Below are positions 35,993 to 46,252 of a stretch of 64,000 nt of DNA, in pieces. The translations under genes were made by a program, and so were the position numbers. Source of the stretch: Dehalococcoidia bacterium (GTDB taxonomy: Bacteria; Chloroflexota; Dehalococcoidia; UBA2979); NCBI GenBank assembly GCA_020634075.1, contig JACKCJ010000001.1, positions 77,016-141,015 of the forward strand, written 5' to 3'. Position 1 is the first letter of the stretch, and the number at the start of each line of letters is the position of its first letter. Under the pieces are notes generated by a model that ran no database searches, had not been told where the DNA came from, and was given only the letters and a program-made list of their open reading frames with translations.

Positions 35993-37990
35993 CTAGTCGG
36001 AAAACCCCGTATCGCGCGAATTAACCGTTGCATTCTTCGGGAAGTACACCTCGGCCTGCAGCGATCCGATCCGCTCCACGTCGCCACGATGGACGAGGAA
36101 GTTCGTCCACTCGTCGATCAACTCGCCGGACTTCAGTTCATCGAACAGGCCGCTCAACGTCGTGGCGCGGTAGCCGGCCTCCGGGAACCACCAGCGGTGC
36201 GGGTACTGCACCGGCGCCTGGTACATGTTCCGCACGTCGGGGCGTCCGCTGACGAAGCCCCGCGTCGTGATCACGATGTCATCCGGCTTCAGCGTCTCCG
36301 TGTTGATCTGATCCTTGTCGATGTAGGTGACATTCAGTCCGCGGAGATACCACGCCCACGGCCACGTGAGTGACTGGTCAGTGTGAATCACCACGCGGTT
36401 CGCCGTCCCCTCTCGCAGCGCGGCACGGATGTCGTCCGCGATCGGCAGGAGGCGCGGCGAGGTCTGGACGTAGATCAGCGGCTCGACGGGCGTATCCGGG
36501 TTCACACGGTTGAGGTTCCAGTCGACGCGCACCGCGAGGACGCCCAGCAACAGGAGGAACGTCGTGGCCGCCGAGGCGCTCGCCCACTGGAGCGTGCTCC
36601 CGCGTCCCCGCCGCACCGCCGCTGCCGCCCGCGGGACCACGCGCCCGATGACGTACGCCGCGAGGAAGCACAACGGCAGGGCGAGGTGGAACGTGAGCCA
36701 CGGCATCTTCTCGCCGGCATAGGAGAGCGCCGCGAACATCGAGAGGAACCAGAACACGCCGAGCGCGGCGAACCAGTCGCGTCGCACGACCGTCAGCCAG
36801 AGACCACCGATCAGCCCCGGGATGAGTACGAGCGACTCATACAGCGGCACCAGCCAGAAGTAGTAGAACCACGGCTGGGTGCCGCGTCGCACCTCCTGCT
36901 GGTCGATCCAGTAGTCGAGCGACGTCCAGAATGCGCCGGCAATGCCGGTCGGGTGCGTGCCCCACGTCGTGTAGAGCGGCACGAGCACCAGCAGATACGC
37001 GGCGACGCACCAGATCCACCAGCGCGGTTGCCACGCGGCGCCGACCGCGGCCGCGACGACGAGTGTGATCGGCACGACGATGGTCGCGAGGTCGCGACGC
37101 ATCGCGTCGTCGACATCGTGACCGAGCACCATCACCGGGATCTCAACGGCCGCGGAGAGCAGCGGCAGCACCAGTGTCGCCGTGACAACGAGCATGTCCG
37201 CGCTGCGCGGACGTCGATACCAGCCGTACCGCGATCGGAGGCGTCCGAGGAACGGCCAGCCGACGGCGATGAGCCAGGCGACCGGGGTCAGCACGAGGCT
37301 GCCGCGCGCCTGCTGGAACAGCGTGGCGCCCTCCAGCCGCTCGCGGCGCGGCTGCCAGAAGAGGTCATGGGCCAGCCAGGCGTTCTGGTAGAGCAGCAGG
37401 ATCGCGGCGATCAGGTAGGCGGTCTCCTTCGCCGCGAACTGCAGCGCGAGCATCGCCGAGTAGATCACGAGCCAGCGAGGGCGCCCGTCGCGGCGGTAGT
37501 GGAGCATCGCCCCGACCATCACGACGAGGAACAGCCCGACGAACGGCTCGTTCCGGGCGAACCGCGAGTAGTACATGATCGACGGCGACAGCAGCAGGAA
37601 CACCGACGCGAGCACGATCGACGGCCCGTTCAGCCATCGGCGGAACAGGAGTGGCGAGGCGACAAGCGCCGTCCCCGCGAGCGCGTGCGGTAACCGGCCG
37701 GTGAACTCCGAGTCCCCGAAGAGCTTGAAGAACGCCGCAATCAGGTGGAACTGCAGCGGGCCGTGCATGAGCGGGTTGTGCTCGTAGCCGCGCCCCTCGA
37801 AGAAGTACCACCCGTACATGAGGTGCAGCGACTCATCGTGGTGCAAGGCGCGGGCACCCAGCCCGATCACGCGCGTGGCGAGGGCGATCGCGGTGATGCC
37901 GATCACCATCCAGGTGACGCGGTCCCACGACCGGACATCGAAGCGGAGGCGCGACCTCGACCGCGCCGCGGTGCTCACGGCGAGACTCAC
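35993..37990 (-). CDS. TIGR03663-like polytopic membrane protein (GT-C / PMT-like N-terminus)
   Basis: 665 aa with more than 12 TM helices. N-terminal region (HHDESLHLMYGWYFFEG...HGPLQFHL) resembles PMT/ArnT-like glycosyltransferase-C. WFYYFWLVPLYE segment. Start overlaps the DUF2298 stop by 4 nt. Confidence 0.65.
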   Translation of the reverse strand: MSLAVSTAARSRSRLRFDVRSWDRVTWMVIGITAIALATRVIGLGARALHHDESLHLMYGWYFFEGRGYEHNPLMHGPLQFHLIAAFFKLFGDSEFTGRLPHALAGTALVASPLLFRRWLNGPSIVLASVFLLLSPSIMYYSRFARNEPFVGLFLVVMVGAMLHYRRDGRPRWLVIYSAMLALQFAAKETAYLIAAILLLYQNAWLAHDLFWQPRRERLEGATLFQQARGSLVLTPVAWLIAVGWPFLGRLRSRYGWYRRPRSADMLVVTATLVLPLLSAAVEIPVMVLGHDVDDAMRRDLATIVVPITLVVAAAVGAAWQPRWWIWCVAAYLLVLVPLYTTWGTHPTGIAGAFWTSLDYWIDQQEVRRGTQPWFYYFWLVPLYESLVLIPGLIGGLWLTVVRRDWFAALGVFWFLSMFAALSYAGEKMPWLTFHLALPLCFLAAYVIGRVVPRAAAAVRRGRGSTLQWASASAATTFLLLLGVLAVRVDWNLNRVNPDTPVEPLIYVQTSPRLLPIADDIRAALREGTANRVVIHTDQSLTWPWAWYLRGLNVTYIDKDQINTETLKPDDIVITTRGFVSGRPDVRNMYQAPVQYPHRWWFPEAGYRATTLSGLFDELKSGELIDEWTNFLVHRGDVERIGSLQAEVYFPKNATVNSRDTGFSD

Positions 37991-40356
37991 TGGGCGTTCC
38001 CCGTCACCGGGTCCTCGTAGAGCAGGCGCGCGAAGACATCAGGGGTGTACGGGGTCTGGAAGACCTGCAGACTCGGGGTCGAGAAGACGATCGGCCAGCC
38101 GGCGAACCGCTGCGAGACCCGGACGCCGTAGGCGGCGCGCTCCGGATGCCCCACGACCACGTGGGTGATGCCCCAGTCGTAGACAGTGTCGAGCTGGTCG
38201 GGCCGGTCGCCGGTGTAGAGCGTCTCGATGGCGGCGCGACGCGCATCCTCGCGGATGTCGCTGTGCCACTGTCGCTCGTGCCCGGGCCATCCGAGGAGGG
38301 TCGGAATGCCCGTGAACGCGGAGAACCGATTCCCGGCGTCGTAGGACTCGCTGATCGCTTCGGCGACGATGTCCTCCTGGGGATTGAGTTCGTCGCGGCC
38401 CCAGCGCAGGGCGCTGAAGAACCCGGGATCGTTCCGTTCAAGGTACCCGATGGCGCTCAGACCGTGCCCCTGCCCTTCGCGCGATCGCGCGACCGCGGCC
38501 ATCGGCGGCGTGATCATCGTCGCGACGGTGACCAGCAGCCCGGCCCAGCCGATCGTCCGCCCGATCCGTTGGACGCTCCATCCCCCCTCGAGGTTCCCCG
38601 CTCGAGCCTCGCGCCGTCCGAGGACACGCTCGCTCGCGAGCGCGAGGAGCGCGGCGCCACCGACGGACAGCATCGCCCAGGCGTGGAACCAGAACTTGAA
38701 CGCGGTGTTGAGGCGCCCCGGGAAGGAGTCGTCGATCTGGACCAGCTCGGTCAGGTAGAGGAGGCCCAGGGCGCACATCACGAGGAACGCCCCGGCGGCG
38801 CCGGCACGCCGGCCCAGCGGCTCCGAGGACACCGTTGCGGCGACCGCGGCAAGCGCCATGCCGAGCAGCACGATCGTGATCCAGCCCCAGCTGCGTGCGG
38901 CCACCTCGGCGGACGCGCCGGTGCCAATCAGCCACGCCGTCCACAGCCCGATCGGCAACACGACGAACGTCGCCGCGTCGACCAACCGACGCTGGCTCGG
39001 TCGCCACGTGAACGCCAGTCCAATGATGGCGGGGACCAGGAGCGGCAGCCAGAACAGCAACCAGCGCCCGGCGTCCGAGTACTCACCCTCCACCGGCGCG
39101 AGGCCGAGCGGCTGAGGGTCGAGCGTGTCGAAGAACGTCCACGCGAAGGCCAGCGCCAGCACCGCCGGCGCGAGCGCCCAGCGGACGGCGAGGAATCCGC
39201 CGAGGATGAATGGCCAGCCGGTCCGGCACGCACTCCACCACGCCGCCACGCCCCACAGCGCCCCGTAGGTGATGACATCCCAGGAACTCGTCATGACCAG
39301 CCCAGCGAACACGGCTGCCGTCAGGACGAGGTGGTCGGGACGTGCGAACCAGCGACGCCAGCTGAGGGGCGTCGAGCCCTCGAAGACCTGGACCCCAAGC
39401 GCCATGGCGACGATGCCGAGCGGCAGCGCGAGGAGGTGCGGGTGCGGGTCACCGAGGACGAGCGAAAACCCGGGGTACTCGCTGATCACGCCCGGGATCA
39501 CGCGGGTCGTCGGCCACCACCACCAGAACCGATCGGGGACGAGGTTGGTCGCGCCGACCTTCGTCGGTACGTCCTCGATCCCCAGCCAGCCCCACGCGGC
39601 CTCGCCTCCGATGCCGTTCGCGGAGGCGATCTGCACCAGCCCGACCAGCGGCGCCACGAGGAGCAGCGCGGCCACGGCCGTCCCGCCGGCGATGAGTTGC
39701 GTTCGGCGCCGCCTCGGCCCGCCGAGCTGAACGATGTCGATCGCGAGGCCCGCCACGGCCGCGGCGGCCATCGCGCCGACGGCGGCGGTGGCGAGGTTGA
39801 ACGCGCGCTCCGGCGGCTCGCCGGAAAGCCTCGCGACGTGGTCCACCTCGACCTGGCCGAGGTGGTAGTAGGAGAGCCGTTCGCCCGCGAGCCACGGGTC
39901 CAGCGGCGGGAGCTCGCGGGCGCTATGCACGGCGTTCAGCAGCATGAGGTCGGCGGGCTTCTCCGTCCCCCACGCGTCAGGCGAGCCGACGCGCGCGAAC
40001 AGCACGACCGCGAAGACCGCGACGGTGATGCCCTCGGACGCGAGGAGGGGGCGCCAGCGCGATCGCAATGCACCGAGGAGCTCGCGTCGCCAGCCGAGCA
40101 GCGCCAGCGACACCGCGCCCAGCGTCGCCACCGACGCGATGACCATCGGCGTGCCGTACGGCACGTCCGTGAGCCGCACCACCAGCCAGGTCAGCAGCGC
40201 GGCGGTCGCGAGGCCAAGCGGACGCGCGAAGTACACCCCGCGAGAGCTCAGGCGCTCGAACAGGGCCGCTGCCGGCACCAGCCCGACGAGCCCGAACAGG
40301 GCGAGGGCGAGATACCACCAGAGCGCCGACGCGACGATCGCTCCGTCCACGACCAC
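37987..40356 (-). CDS. DUF2298 / Chlor_Arch_YYY (TIGR03662-like) large polytopic membrane protein
   Basis: 789 aa, about 20 hydrophobic segments, SYYHLG and FWWWWPTTRVIPG motifs, and a C-terminal soluble domain. Begins 15 nt after the ftsY stop. Confidence 0.65.
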   Translation of the reverse strand: MVVDGAIVASALWWYLALALFGLVGLVPAAALFERLSSRGVYFARPLGLATAALLTWLVVRLTDVPYGTPMVIASVATLGAVSLALLGWRRELLGALRSRWRPLLASEGITVAVFAVVLFARVGSPDAWGTEKPADLMLLNAVHSARELPPLDPWLAGERLSYYHLGQVEVDHVARLSGEPPERAFNLATAAVGAMAAAAVAGLAIDIVQLGGPRRRRTQLIAGGTAVAALLLVAPLVGLVQIASANGIGGEAAWGWLGIEDVPTKVGATNLVPDRFWWWWPTTRVIPGVISEYPGFSLVLGDPHPHLLALPLGIVAMALGVQVFEGSTPLSWRRWFARPDHLVLTAAVFAGLVMTSSWDVITYGALWGVAAWWSACRTGWPFILGGFLAVRWALAPAVLALAFAWTFFDTLDPQPLGLAPVEGEYSDAGRWLLFWLPLLVPAIIGLAFTWRPSQRRLVDAATFVVLPIGLWTAWLIGTGASAEVAARSWGWITIVLLGMALAAVAATVSSEPLGRRAGAAGAFLVMCALGLLYLTELVQIDDSFPGRLNTAFKFWFHAWAMLSVGGAALLALASERVLGRREARAGNLEGGWSVQRIGRTIGWAGLLVTVATMITPPMAAVARSREGQGHGLSAIGYLERNDPGFFSALRWGRDELNPQEDIVAEAISESYDAGNRFSAFTGIPTLLGWPGHERQWHSDIREDARRAAIETLYTGDRPDQLDTVYDWGITHVVVGHPERAAYGVRVSQRFAGWPIVFSTPSLQVFQTPYTPDVFARLLYEDPVTGNAQ

Positions 40357-40371
40357 CGACCTCGAGCGGTG

Positions 40372-41457
40372 CTACCGCCCGCTGGGCAGCGGCTGCCCGA
40401 GCAGGGACGCGACGAACGAGCGCGGCTCGAAGGGCGCGAGGTCGCTCTCGCGCTGGCCGACACCGACGAACCGCACGGGGAGACCGAACTCCTTCGCGAT
40501 CGCGAAGACGATGCCGCCCTTCCCGGTGCCGTCGAGCTTGGTGAGCATGACGCTCGTGACGTCGACGGCCTCGGCGAACGCCTTCGCCTGCGAGAGTCCG
40601 TTCTGACCGGTCGTCGCATCGAGCACCAGCAGTACCTCGTCCGGCCCGCGCGGGATGTGCCGCTCGATCACGCGGCGCACCTTGGACAACTCGGCCATGA
40701 GGTTCTGCTTGTTCTGGAGGCGGCCGGCCGTGTCGATGAGGACGACGTCGGCGTCCCGTGCCTGCGCGGCCTGGACGGCGTCGAAGGCGACGGCCGCCGG
40801 GTCGGCGCCCTGCCCCTGGGCGATCACCTCGAACCCGACGCGCTCACCCCACTCCTGGATCTGCTCGATGGCGGCGGCACGGAAGGTGTCGCCGGCCGCG
40901 GCGACGACCTTCTTGCCCTCCTGCATGTAGCCCCACGCGAGACGTCCGATGGCGGTCGTCTTGCCGGTGCCGTTCACCCCCACCACGAGCACGATGTGCG
41001 GCCGCGGCGGCTCCTCGTAGCTCGCCGGGAGCGGCCCCCACAGGCGACCGCGCGGTTCCTCGACGGCCTCGAGGATCGCGACCAGCTCGGCGGCGAGCGC
41101 GTTGCGCACGTCGTCCGCCTTGCGGAGGTTCAGCGACCGGACCCGCTCGACAACCTCCAGCGTGGTCGGCACGCCGACGTCAGCGCCGATGAGGATCTCC
41201 TCGAGCGACTCCCAGGTGTCCTCGGTGACGTCGGCGGAGAAGACCTCGGTCAGCCGCCCGAGGAATGAGCGACGGGTGCGCTCGAGCGCAGCGTCGGTCG
41301 CGGCGGCGGCGGCTGCCTCCTGTCGCGCTTCCTCGGCGTCCTCATCAGCGTCCTCGAGGTCGTCGAGGTCCTCGACCGGCTCCTCGACCGCTGGCGCCTC
41401 GTCGCGAGGAACCTCGGGTGTCTCTTCCTTCTTGCGTCGACGTCCAAAGAACGGCAC
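40372..41457 (-). CDS. ftsY: signal recognition particle receptor FtsY
   Basis: Acidic N-terminal domain. SRP-GTPase motifs VGVNGTGKTT, DTAGR and TKLD. Confidence 0.9.
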   Translation of the reverse strand: MPFFGRRRKKEETPEVPRDEAPAVEEPVEDLDDLEDADEDAEEARQEAAAAAATDAALERTRRSFLGRLTEVFSADVTEDTWESLEEILIGADVGVPTTLEVVERVRSLNLRKADDVRNALAAELVAILEAVEEPRGRLWGPLPASYEEPPRPHIVLVVGVNGTGKTTAIGRLAWGYMQEGKKVVAAAGDTFRAAAIEQIQEWGERVGFEVIAQGQGADPAAVAFDAVQAAQARDADVVLIDTAGRLQNKQNLMAELSKVRRVIERHIPRGPDEVLLVLDATTGQNGLSQAKAFAEAVDVTSVMLTKLDGTGKGGIVFAIAKEFGLPVRFVGVGQRESDLAPFEPRSFVASLLGQPLPSGR

Positions 41458-41614
41458 GGCGTCTCCCGATCACGCGGCCCTCCCGCGATGCACGGGGGAG
41501 CCGGGGTTGGTTCAGACAGAAGCGAGCGGTGCCGGGATCGTACCCGAGCACCGCTCGCTGATTCGCTAACGGATCTTGCGCTCCCGGTGAACGACTTCGG
41601 GAGCCTCGTATCCG

Positions 41615-44600
41615 CTATGCGGTCTTCGGCAGGTCCGCCAGCCGGAGCGACAGCACCTGGCTCGCGGAGTCGTCACCCATCGAGATGCCGTAGATGGCGT
41701 CCCCGGCCTCGATGGTGCGGCGGTTGTGCGAGATGACGACGAACTGTGTCCGGTCCCGGAGCTCGAGGAGCGTGTCCACGAACCGGCCGACGTTCGCCTC
41801 GTCCAGCGCCGCGTCCACCTCGTCCAGCACCACCACCGGCGCCGGGTTCACCGAGAGCAGCGCGAACAGCAGCGCGACCGAGGTCATCGAACGCTCACCG
41901 CCGGACAGCACGGCCATGTTGGTGATCCGCTTGCCGGGAGGCTGGGCGAAGATGTCGACGCCCGGCTCGGCGTCCGAGTCGTCCTCGGACTCCAGCAGCC
42001 GGAGCTCCGCCTGCCCGCCCCCGAAGAAGCGGGTGAAGTACGTCCCGAAGCGCTCGTTGACGAGGTGGAACGTCTCCACGAAGCGCTCCCGGATGAGCTT
42101 CTTGAGCTCCCGGATCGCCTCGCGCAGCTCCGCCTCCGCCGCCTCGAGGTCCTCGACCTGAGAGGACAGGAAGTCGAACCGCTCCTGCTCGGTGGTCAGC
42201 TCATCGACCGCTTCGACGTTTACCGGGCCCAGCGCCCGGATCTCGCCGCGCAGTTCCGAGATGCGCTCGCGCAGCGCGGGCACGTCCACCTCGGCGCCGC
42301 CGCGGAGCGGTACCGGCGCGGCGACCTCGACGTCATCGTCGTCGGTGTCGTACTCGGACCGGGGCGGGTCGCCCTCGGGGATCGCCTTCGGCAGCGGCTT
42401 CACGGAGCCGTCGTCGCGGATCTCCATGCCCTCTTCCGAGATCTCCCGGTAGAGGGACTGGAGGCGCTCCGCCGCTCGGCGCAGCCGGTTCTCGGACTCG
42501 AGCATCTCGCGCTCGGTGCCGAGGACTGCCCGCTGCGAGTCGCCCCGGTTCGCCGAGAGCTCGCGCTCCTCGGACGTCAGCTCCGCCACGAGGGCGTGGG
42601 CCGGGCCGATCTGCTCCTGCACGTCCGTCCGCTCGGTGCGGAGGTTCGCCTGCCGCTCGCGACGGTCGCGGAGCTGCAGCTCGAGGTCCTCGCGCTCGCG
42701 GGTGATCTGCTCCAGCAACGCCTTCCGCTCCTGGAGTTGCGTCAGCGCCTGCGTCCGGGCGGCGACGCGCTCCTCGCGCTGAGCCGCGAGCGACCGACGC
42801 TCGGCCTCGGCGCTCGCGAGCGCCTGCGTCGCCTCGGTCACGCGGGCCGCCGCGGCGTCACGCTCGCCACCGACGGCGGTCGAGCGGTCGCGCAGCGAGG
42901 TGATGCGCTCCGTGACCTCCTCGATGGCGGTCGCGGTCGCCTGCTGTCGCTCACGCAGCTCGTCGCCGCGCGGCGCGTCCGCCGGGTTGTCCTCGATGCG
43001 CCGGGTGAGCGCACGCGCCTCGGAATCGATCTCCGCCTGGCGGCGCTCCAGCGCCGTCCGCGCCCCCGCGTGCTGGCGACGGGCCTCTTCGGCCTCGTCG
43101 ACGACACGGCGAGCGGCCGCGACGGCGTCCTGTGCCTCGCGGAGCGCCGCCTGGGCGCGCTCGACCTCGGCCTTCGCCGGCTCGATGGCGCGCTGGGCCT
43201 CCGCGACCTGGTCGGGCAGCCCCTCCAGTTCACGCTGCATGGAGAAGCGCTCGGACACGCCACCGGTGCGGCCGCCGTACATCGCGCCGCCCGGCCGCAG
43301 CAGCGTGCCGTCACGCGTCACGACGGAGCCGAGGCCCCGCGTGATCATCGCCTCGGCGACACGCATGTCCTCGACGACGATGACGCGGCCGAGCAGCGTG
43401 TCGACCAGCGGCCGGTACTGCTGCTCGCAGCGCACGAGGCGCGCGGCGATCCCGACGACGCCGCGCTCGTTGAAGAGGTTCAGGGGGTACTTGTGCTCGA
43501 TCTTGGCGAGCGGGTAGACGGTCGCCGTGCCGGCGCCGTGTTCCTTGAGCCACGCCAGCGCCGCGACGGCGTCCTCGTACTTCTCGACCACGATCGCCGA
43601 GAGGTGCTCCGCGAGCGCCGCCTCGATCGCAGTCTCGAGGCCCTCCGGAACGCGGATCAGCCGCGCGACGGCGTCGACGACGCCAGCCAGCGGGTGCTCC
43701 TCGCCCTCGGGCGCCGGGTCCGCCTTGCCCTCGATGAGCGCCTGGGCGCCCCCGGTGGCCGACGGCATCGACTCCTGCAGTTCCTCGATGAGGCGGTGTC
43801 GCTCCTGCAGCGTCCGCACGCGGTCCTCGGCGGCACGGAGCGCCTGCTGAGCTGCGTCGAGCTCCTTGCGAGCTTCCTCGACGCGCCGCTCGGTCGCCTC
43901 GCGCCGCTCTCGCGCCATGCGGGCGGCCTCGGCACGGGCTTCGGCCTCACGCTCGTGCGCCTCGAGCGCCTGGCGCTGGGTCACACCCTCGGCCTGCAGC
44001 GCCTCCAGCGCGGCGTGCGCCTCCGCCTTCTCCGCGGTGCGGCGCTCCAGCCGGACGCGCTCTTCCTCGATGCGGCGACCGAGGTCCTCGCGCTCCGCTT
44101 CGAGGCGGGCCCGGCGGGCCTCGGCCTCGGAGAGGTCACGGAGGACGCTGCGCGTCGCCTCGTCCGCCGAGGCCAGCGCCTCGCGGTCGCGCTGCAGGCG
44201 CGCCTGCTCCTCGCTCACCTTCGCGTCGAGCGCGGCGAGCTGAGCATCGAACGACCCGGAGTCGTCCTCGGGGACATCGGCGATGGCGATCGCGCGTTCG
44301 AGCTCCTCGCGGCGCTCCGCGAGCAGCTCGAACCGCTGCTGCGCGAGGGCGACCGCCTGCTCGAGACGGAGCCCCTCCTCGGCCAGTTCGCGCTCCTTGC
44401 GCTGGAGGGTCTCCAGCGAGGTGCGTCGCTCACCGAGGACGGAGTTCAGCTCGCCCAGCCGCGACTCGATCTTCGCGAGGGCGTCGCGGGCCTCCGCGAA
44501 TGCCGCGCCCTTCTGGTCGTACTCGGCCTGCGCAGCCGTCTGACCCTCCTGGGCCGACTGCAGCTCGTGCTCGAAGTAGACCTCGAGGGCGTCGGACAGC

Positions 44601-45262
44601 TCGGCCGCCAGCTCCTTGTAGCGGGCGGCCCGCTTCGACTGGCGCTGGAGGGCGCGGATACGCGGCTCCACCTCGCGGATCAGCATCCGCACGTGGCCGA
44701 GGTTGTCGCGCGTCTCGACGAGGCGACGCTCGGACAGCGTGAGCTGGTGCCGGTGACGCCGCAGGTCCGCGGCCTCCTCGATCAGCTCGCGGCGGTCGCC
44801 GGGCTTGAGCGCGAGGACCTCGTCCACGAGACCCTGCGACATGTGCGCGTAGGAGTTCTGGCCCACCTGCGCTCGCCGGAACAGGTCGACCACGTCCGAG
44901 AGACGGACCGACTGCCCGTTGATGAGGTACTCGTTCTCACCGGAGCGGTGTGCGCGCCGGGTCACGGAGACCTCGGAGAACTCGATGGGCATCCAGTGCT
45001 CGGAGTTGTCGAGGATGAGCGTGACTTCCGCCATGCCCATCTGACGCCGCTTCTCCGAGCCGGAGAAGATGACGTCCTCCGTCTTGCGGGCGCGCACCTG
45101 CTTCTGGGACTGCTCGCCGAGCGCCCAGCGGATCGCGTCCGCCACGTTGGACTTGCCGGACCCGTTGGGCCCGGCGATCACGGTCATGCCGGGGCCGAAC
45201 TCGAACCGATGTCGGTCCGCGAACGCCTTGAAGCCGTGGACTTCTAGCCGTCTGAGGTACAC
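41615..45262 (-). CDS. smc: chromosome segregation protein SMC
   Basis: 1215 aa with N-terminal Walker A (GPNGSGKSN), long coiled coils, hinge, and C-terminal signature/Walker B (LSGGERSMTSVALLFAL...VLDEVDAALD). Confidence 0.9.
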   Translation of the reverse strand: MYLRRLEVHGFKAFADRHRFEFGPGMTVIAGPNGSGKSNVADAIRWALGEQSQKQVRARKTEDVIFSGSEKRRQMGMAEVTLILDNSEHWMPIEFSEVSVTRRAHRSGENEYLINGQSVRLSDVVDLFRRAQVGQNSYAHMSQGLVDEVLALKPGDRRELIEEAADLRRHRHQLTLSERRLVETRDNLGHVRMLIREVEPRIRALQRQSKRAARYKELAAELSDALEVYFEHELQSAQEGQTAAQAEYDQKGAAFAEARDALAKIESRLGELNSVLGERRTSLETLQRKERELAEEGLRLEQAVALAQQRFELLAERREELERAIAIADVPEDDSGSFDAQLAALDAKVSEEQARLQRDREALASADEATRSVLRDLSEAEARRARLEAEREDLGRRIEEERVRLERRTAEKAEAHAALEALQAEGVTQRQALEAHEREAEARAEAARMARERREATERRVEEARKELDAAQQALRAAEDRVRTLQERHRLIEELQESMPSATGGAQALIEGKADPAPEGEEHPLAGVVDAVARLIRVPEGLETAIEAALAEHLSAIVVEKYEDAVAALAWLKEHGAGTATVYPLAKIEHKYPLNLFNERGVVGIAARLVRCEQQYRPLVDTLLGRVIVVEDMRVAEAMITRGLGSVVTRDGTLLRPGGAMYGGRTGGVSERFSMQRELEGLPDQVAEAQRAIEPAKAEVERAQAALREAQDAVAAARRVVDEAEEARRQHAGARTALERRQAEIDSEARALTRRIEDNPADAPRGDELRERQQATATAIEEVTERITSLRDRSTAVGGERDAAAARVTEATQALASAEAERRSLAAQREERVAARTQALTQLQERKALLEQITREREDLELQLRDRRERQANLRTERTDVQEQIGPAHALVAELTSEERELSANRGDSQRAVLGTEREMLESENRLRRAAERLQSLYREISEEGMEIRDDGSVKPLPKAIPEGDPPRSEYDTDDDDVEVAAPVPLRGGAEVDVPALRERISELRGEIRALGPVNVEAVDELTTEQERFDFLSSQVEDLEAAEAELREAIRELKKLIRERFVETFHLVNERFGTYFTRFFGGGQAELRLLESEDDSDAEPGVDIFAQPPGKRITNMAVLSGGERSMTSVALLFALLSVNPAPVVVLDEVDAALDEANVGRFVDTLLELRDRTQFVVISHNRRTIEAGDAIYGISMGDDSASQVLSLRLADLPKTA

Positions 45263-46207
45263 CTAGGATCCACTTCCGGGGACCGCCGTGCCACCGGCTG
45301 TCCCGTGCTCCCCCGCCCCCGGTTGTTCGATCCCCGCCGGCGCGTCGCCCAGCTCTCGGAGCCGAGCCCGCACCTTCGGCAGCGCCTGTCGCGCCGCGTT
45401 CTTCTCTGCTTCTTGCTTGGTCCCTGCCTGCCCTCGTCCGAGGGCTTCGCCCTGGAGGTAGACCTCCACGGTGAACTCACGATCATGCTCGGGGCCGGAC
45501 TGGCCGACGAGCCGGTACTCCGGGCGTCCGAGGTGCTCCTGCGCGATCTGCTGGAGCGTGCCCTTCGGGTTCAGCACCCCCGGATCGCGCGCCAGCGCCT
45601 CGAACTCGTCCCCGAGCGTGCGTCGCACGAACTCGCCGGCGGTCGCCAGTCCTCGGTCGAGGTAGACGGCTCCGACGATGGCCTCGTACGCGCGCTCGAG
45701 GTTGCCCTCGCGTTCGCGACCGCCGGTCTGCTCCTCGCCACGTCCGAGCCGCAGCCAGGGGCCGAGGTCGAGCACGTCGACGGCGACACGCGACAGCGTT
45801 GGCCCGCAGACGAGGGCGGAGCGCCACTCGGTGAGGCGGCCCTCCTGCACCTGCGGGAAGCGCGCGTAGAGCTCCTCCGCGACGATCGCGCCGAGGATGG
45901 CGTCGCCCAGGAACTCGAGCCGCTCGTTCGTCGGCGCGGGGTCCTCGGGGTGTTCGTTCGCGAATGAGGGATGCGTCAGCGCCGCGTGGAGCAGCGCCGG
46001 GTCATCGAAATGGACGCCGATGACCGCCTCGAACGCAGCCACGTCGCCGGCCGGGAGGTCGGCGCCTGTGGGCGTGTCGGTGGGACGTTCAGAAGCCACG
46101 GTGATCAAGCCCGACCCTATCCAGACGCACGCGCCCCACCCGCGCGTACGATGTCGTCTGTAGGTCTGGCAGGATGTCGGGGAGAGAGAAACTGCCAGTT
46201 CAGGCAT
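45263..46207 (-). CDS. rnc: ribonuclease III
   Basis: RNase III signature ERLEFLGDAILG and a C-terminal dsRBD. Classic rnc-smc-ftsY synteny. The start is uncertain (an internal GTG is possible) and the C-terminal tail is Gly/Ala-rich. Confidence 0.85.
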   Translation of the reverse strand: MPELAVSLSPTSCQTYRRHRTRGWGACVWIGSGLITVASERPTDTPTGADLPAGDVAAFEAVIGVHFDDPALLHAALTHPSFANEHPEDPAPTNERLEFLGDAILGAIVAEELYARFPQVQEGRLTEWRSALVCGPTLSRVAVDVLDLGPWLRLGRGEEQTGGREREGNLERAYEAIVGAVYLDRGLATAGEFVRRTLGDEFEALARDPGVLNPKGTLQQIAQEHLGRPEYRLVGQSGPEHDREFTVEVYLQGEALGRGQAGTKQEAEKNAARQALPKVRARLRELGDAPAGIEQPGAGEHGTAGGTAVPGSGS

Positions 46208-46252
46208 CGTAAGAACCGGCTCTCCGCAGTGTCAACAATCGCTTAACTGCTT

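Noticed and set aside
38146-41268. 1040-aa plus-strand ORF
   Set aside because: Antisense shadow of the DUF2298 gene and ftsY, with an extremely Arg/Gly/Asp-rich translation.
41726-45247. 1173-aa ORF on the plus strand
   Set aside because: It lies exactly antisense to smc and is Arg/Gly/Leu-rich with no domains, the typical high-GC shadow ORF. smc on the minus strand has clear Walker A/B and signature motifs.
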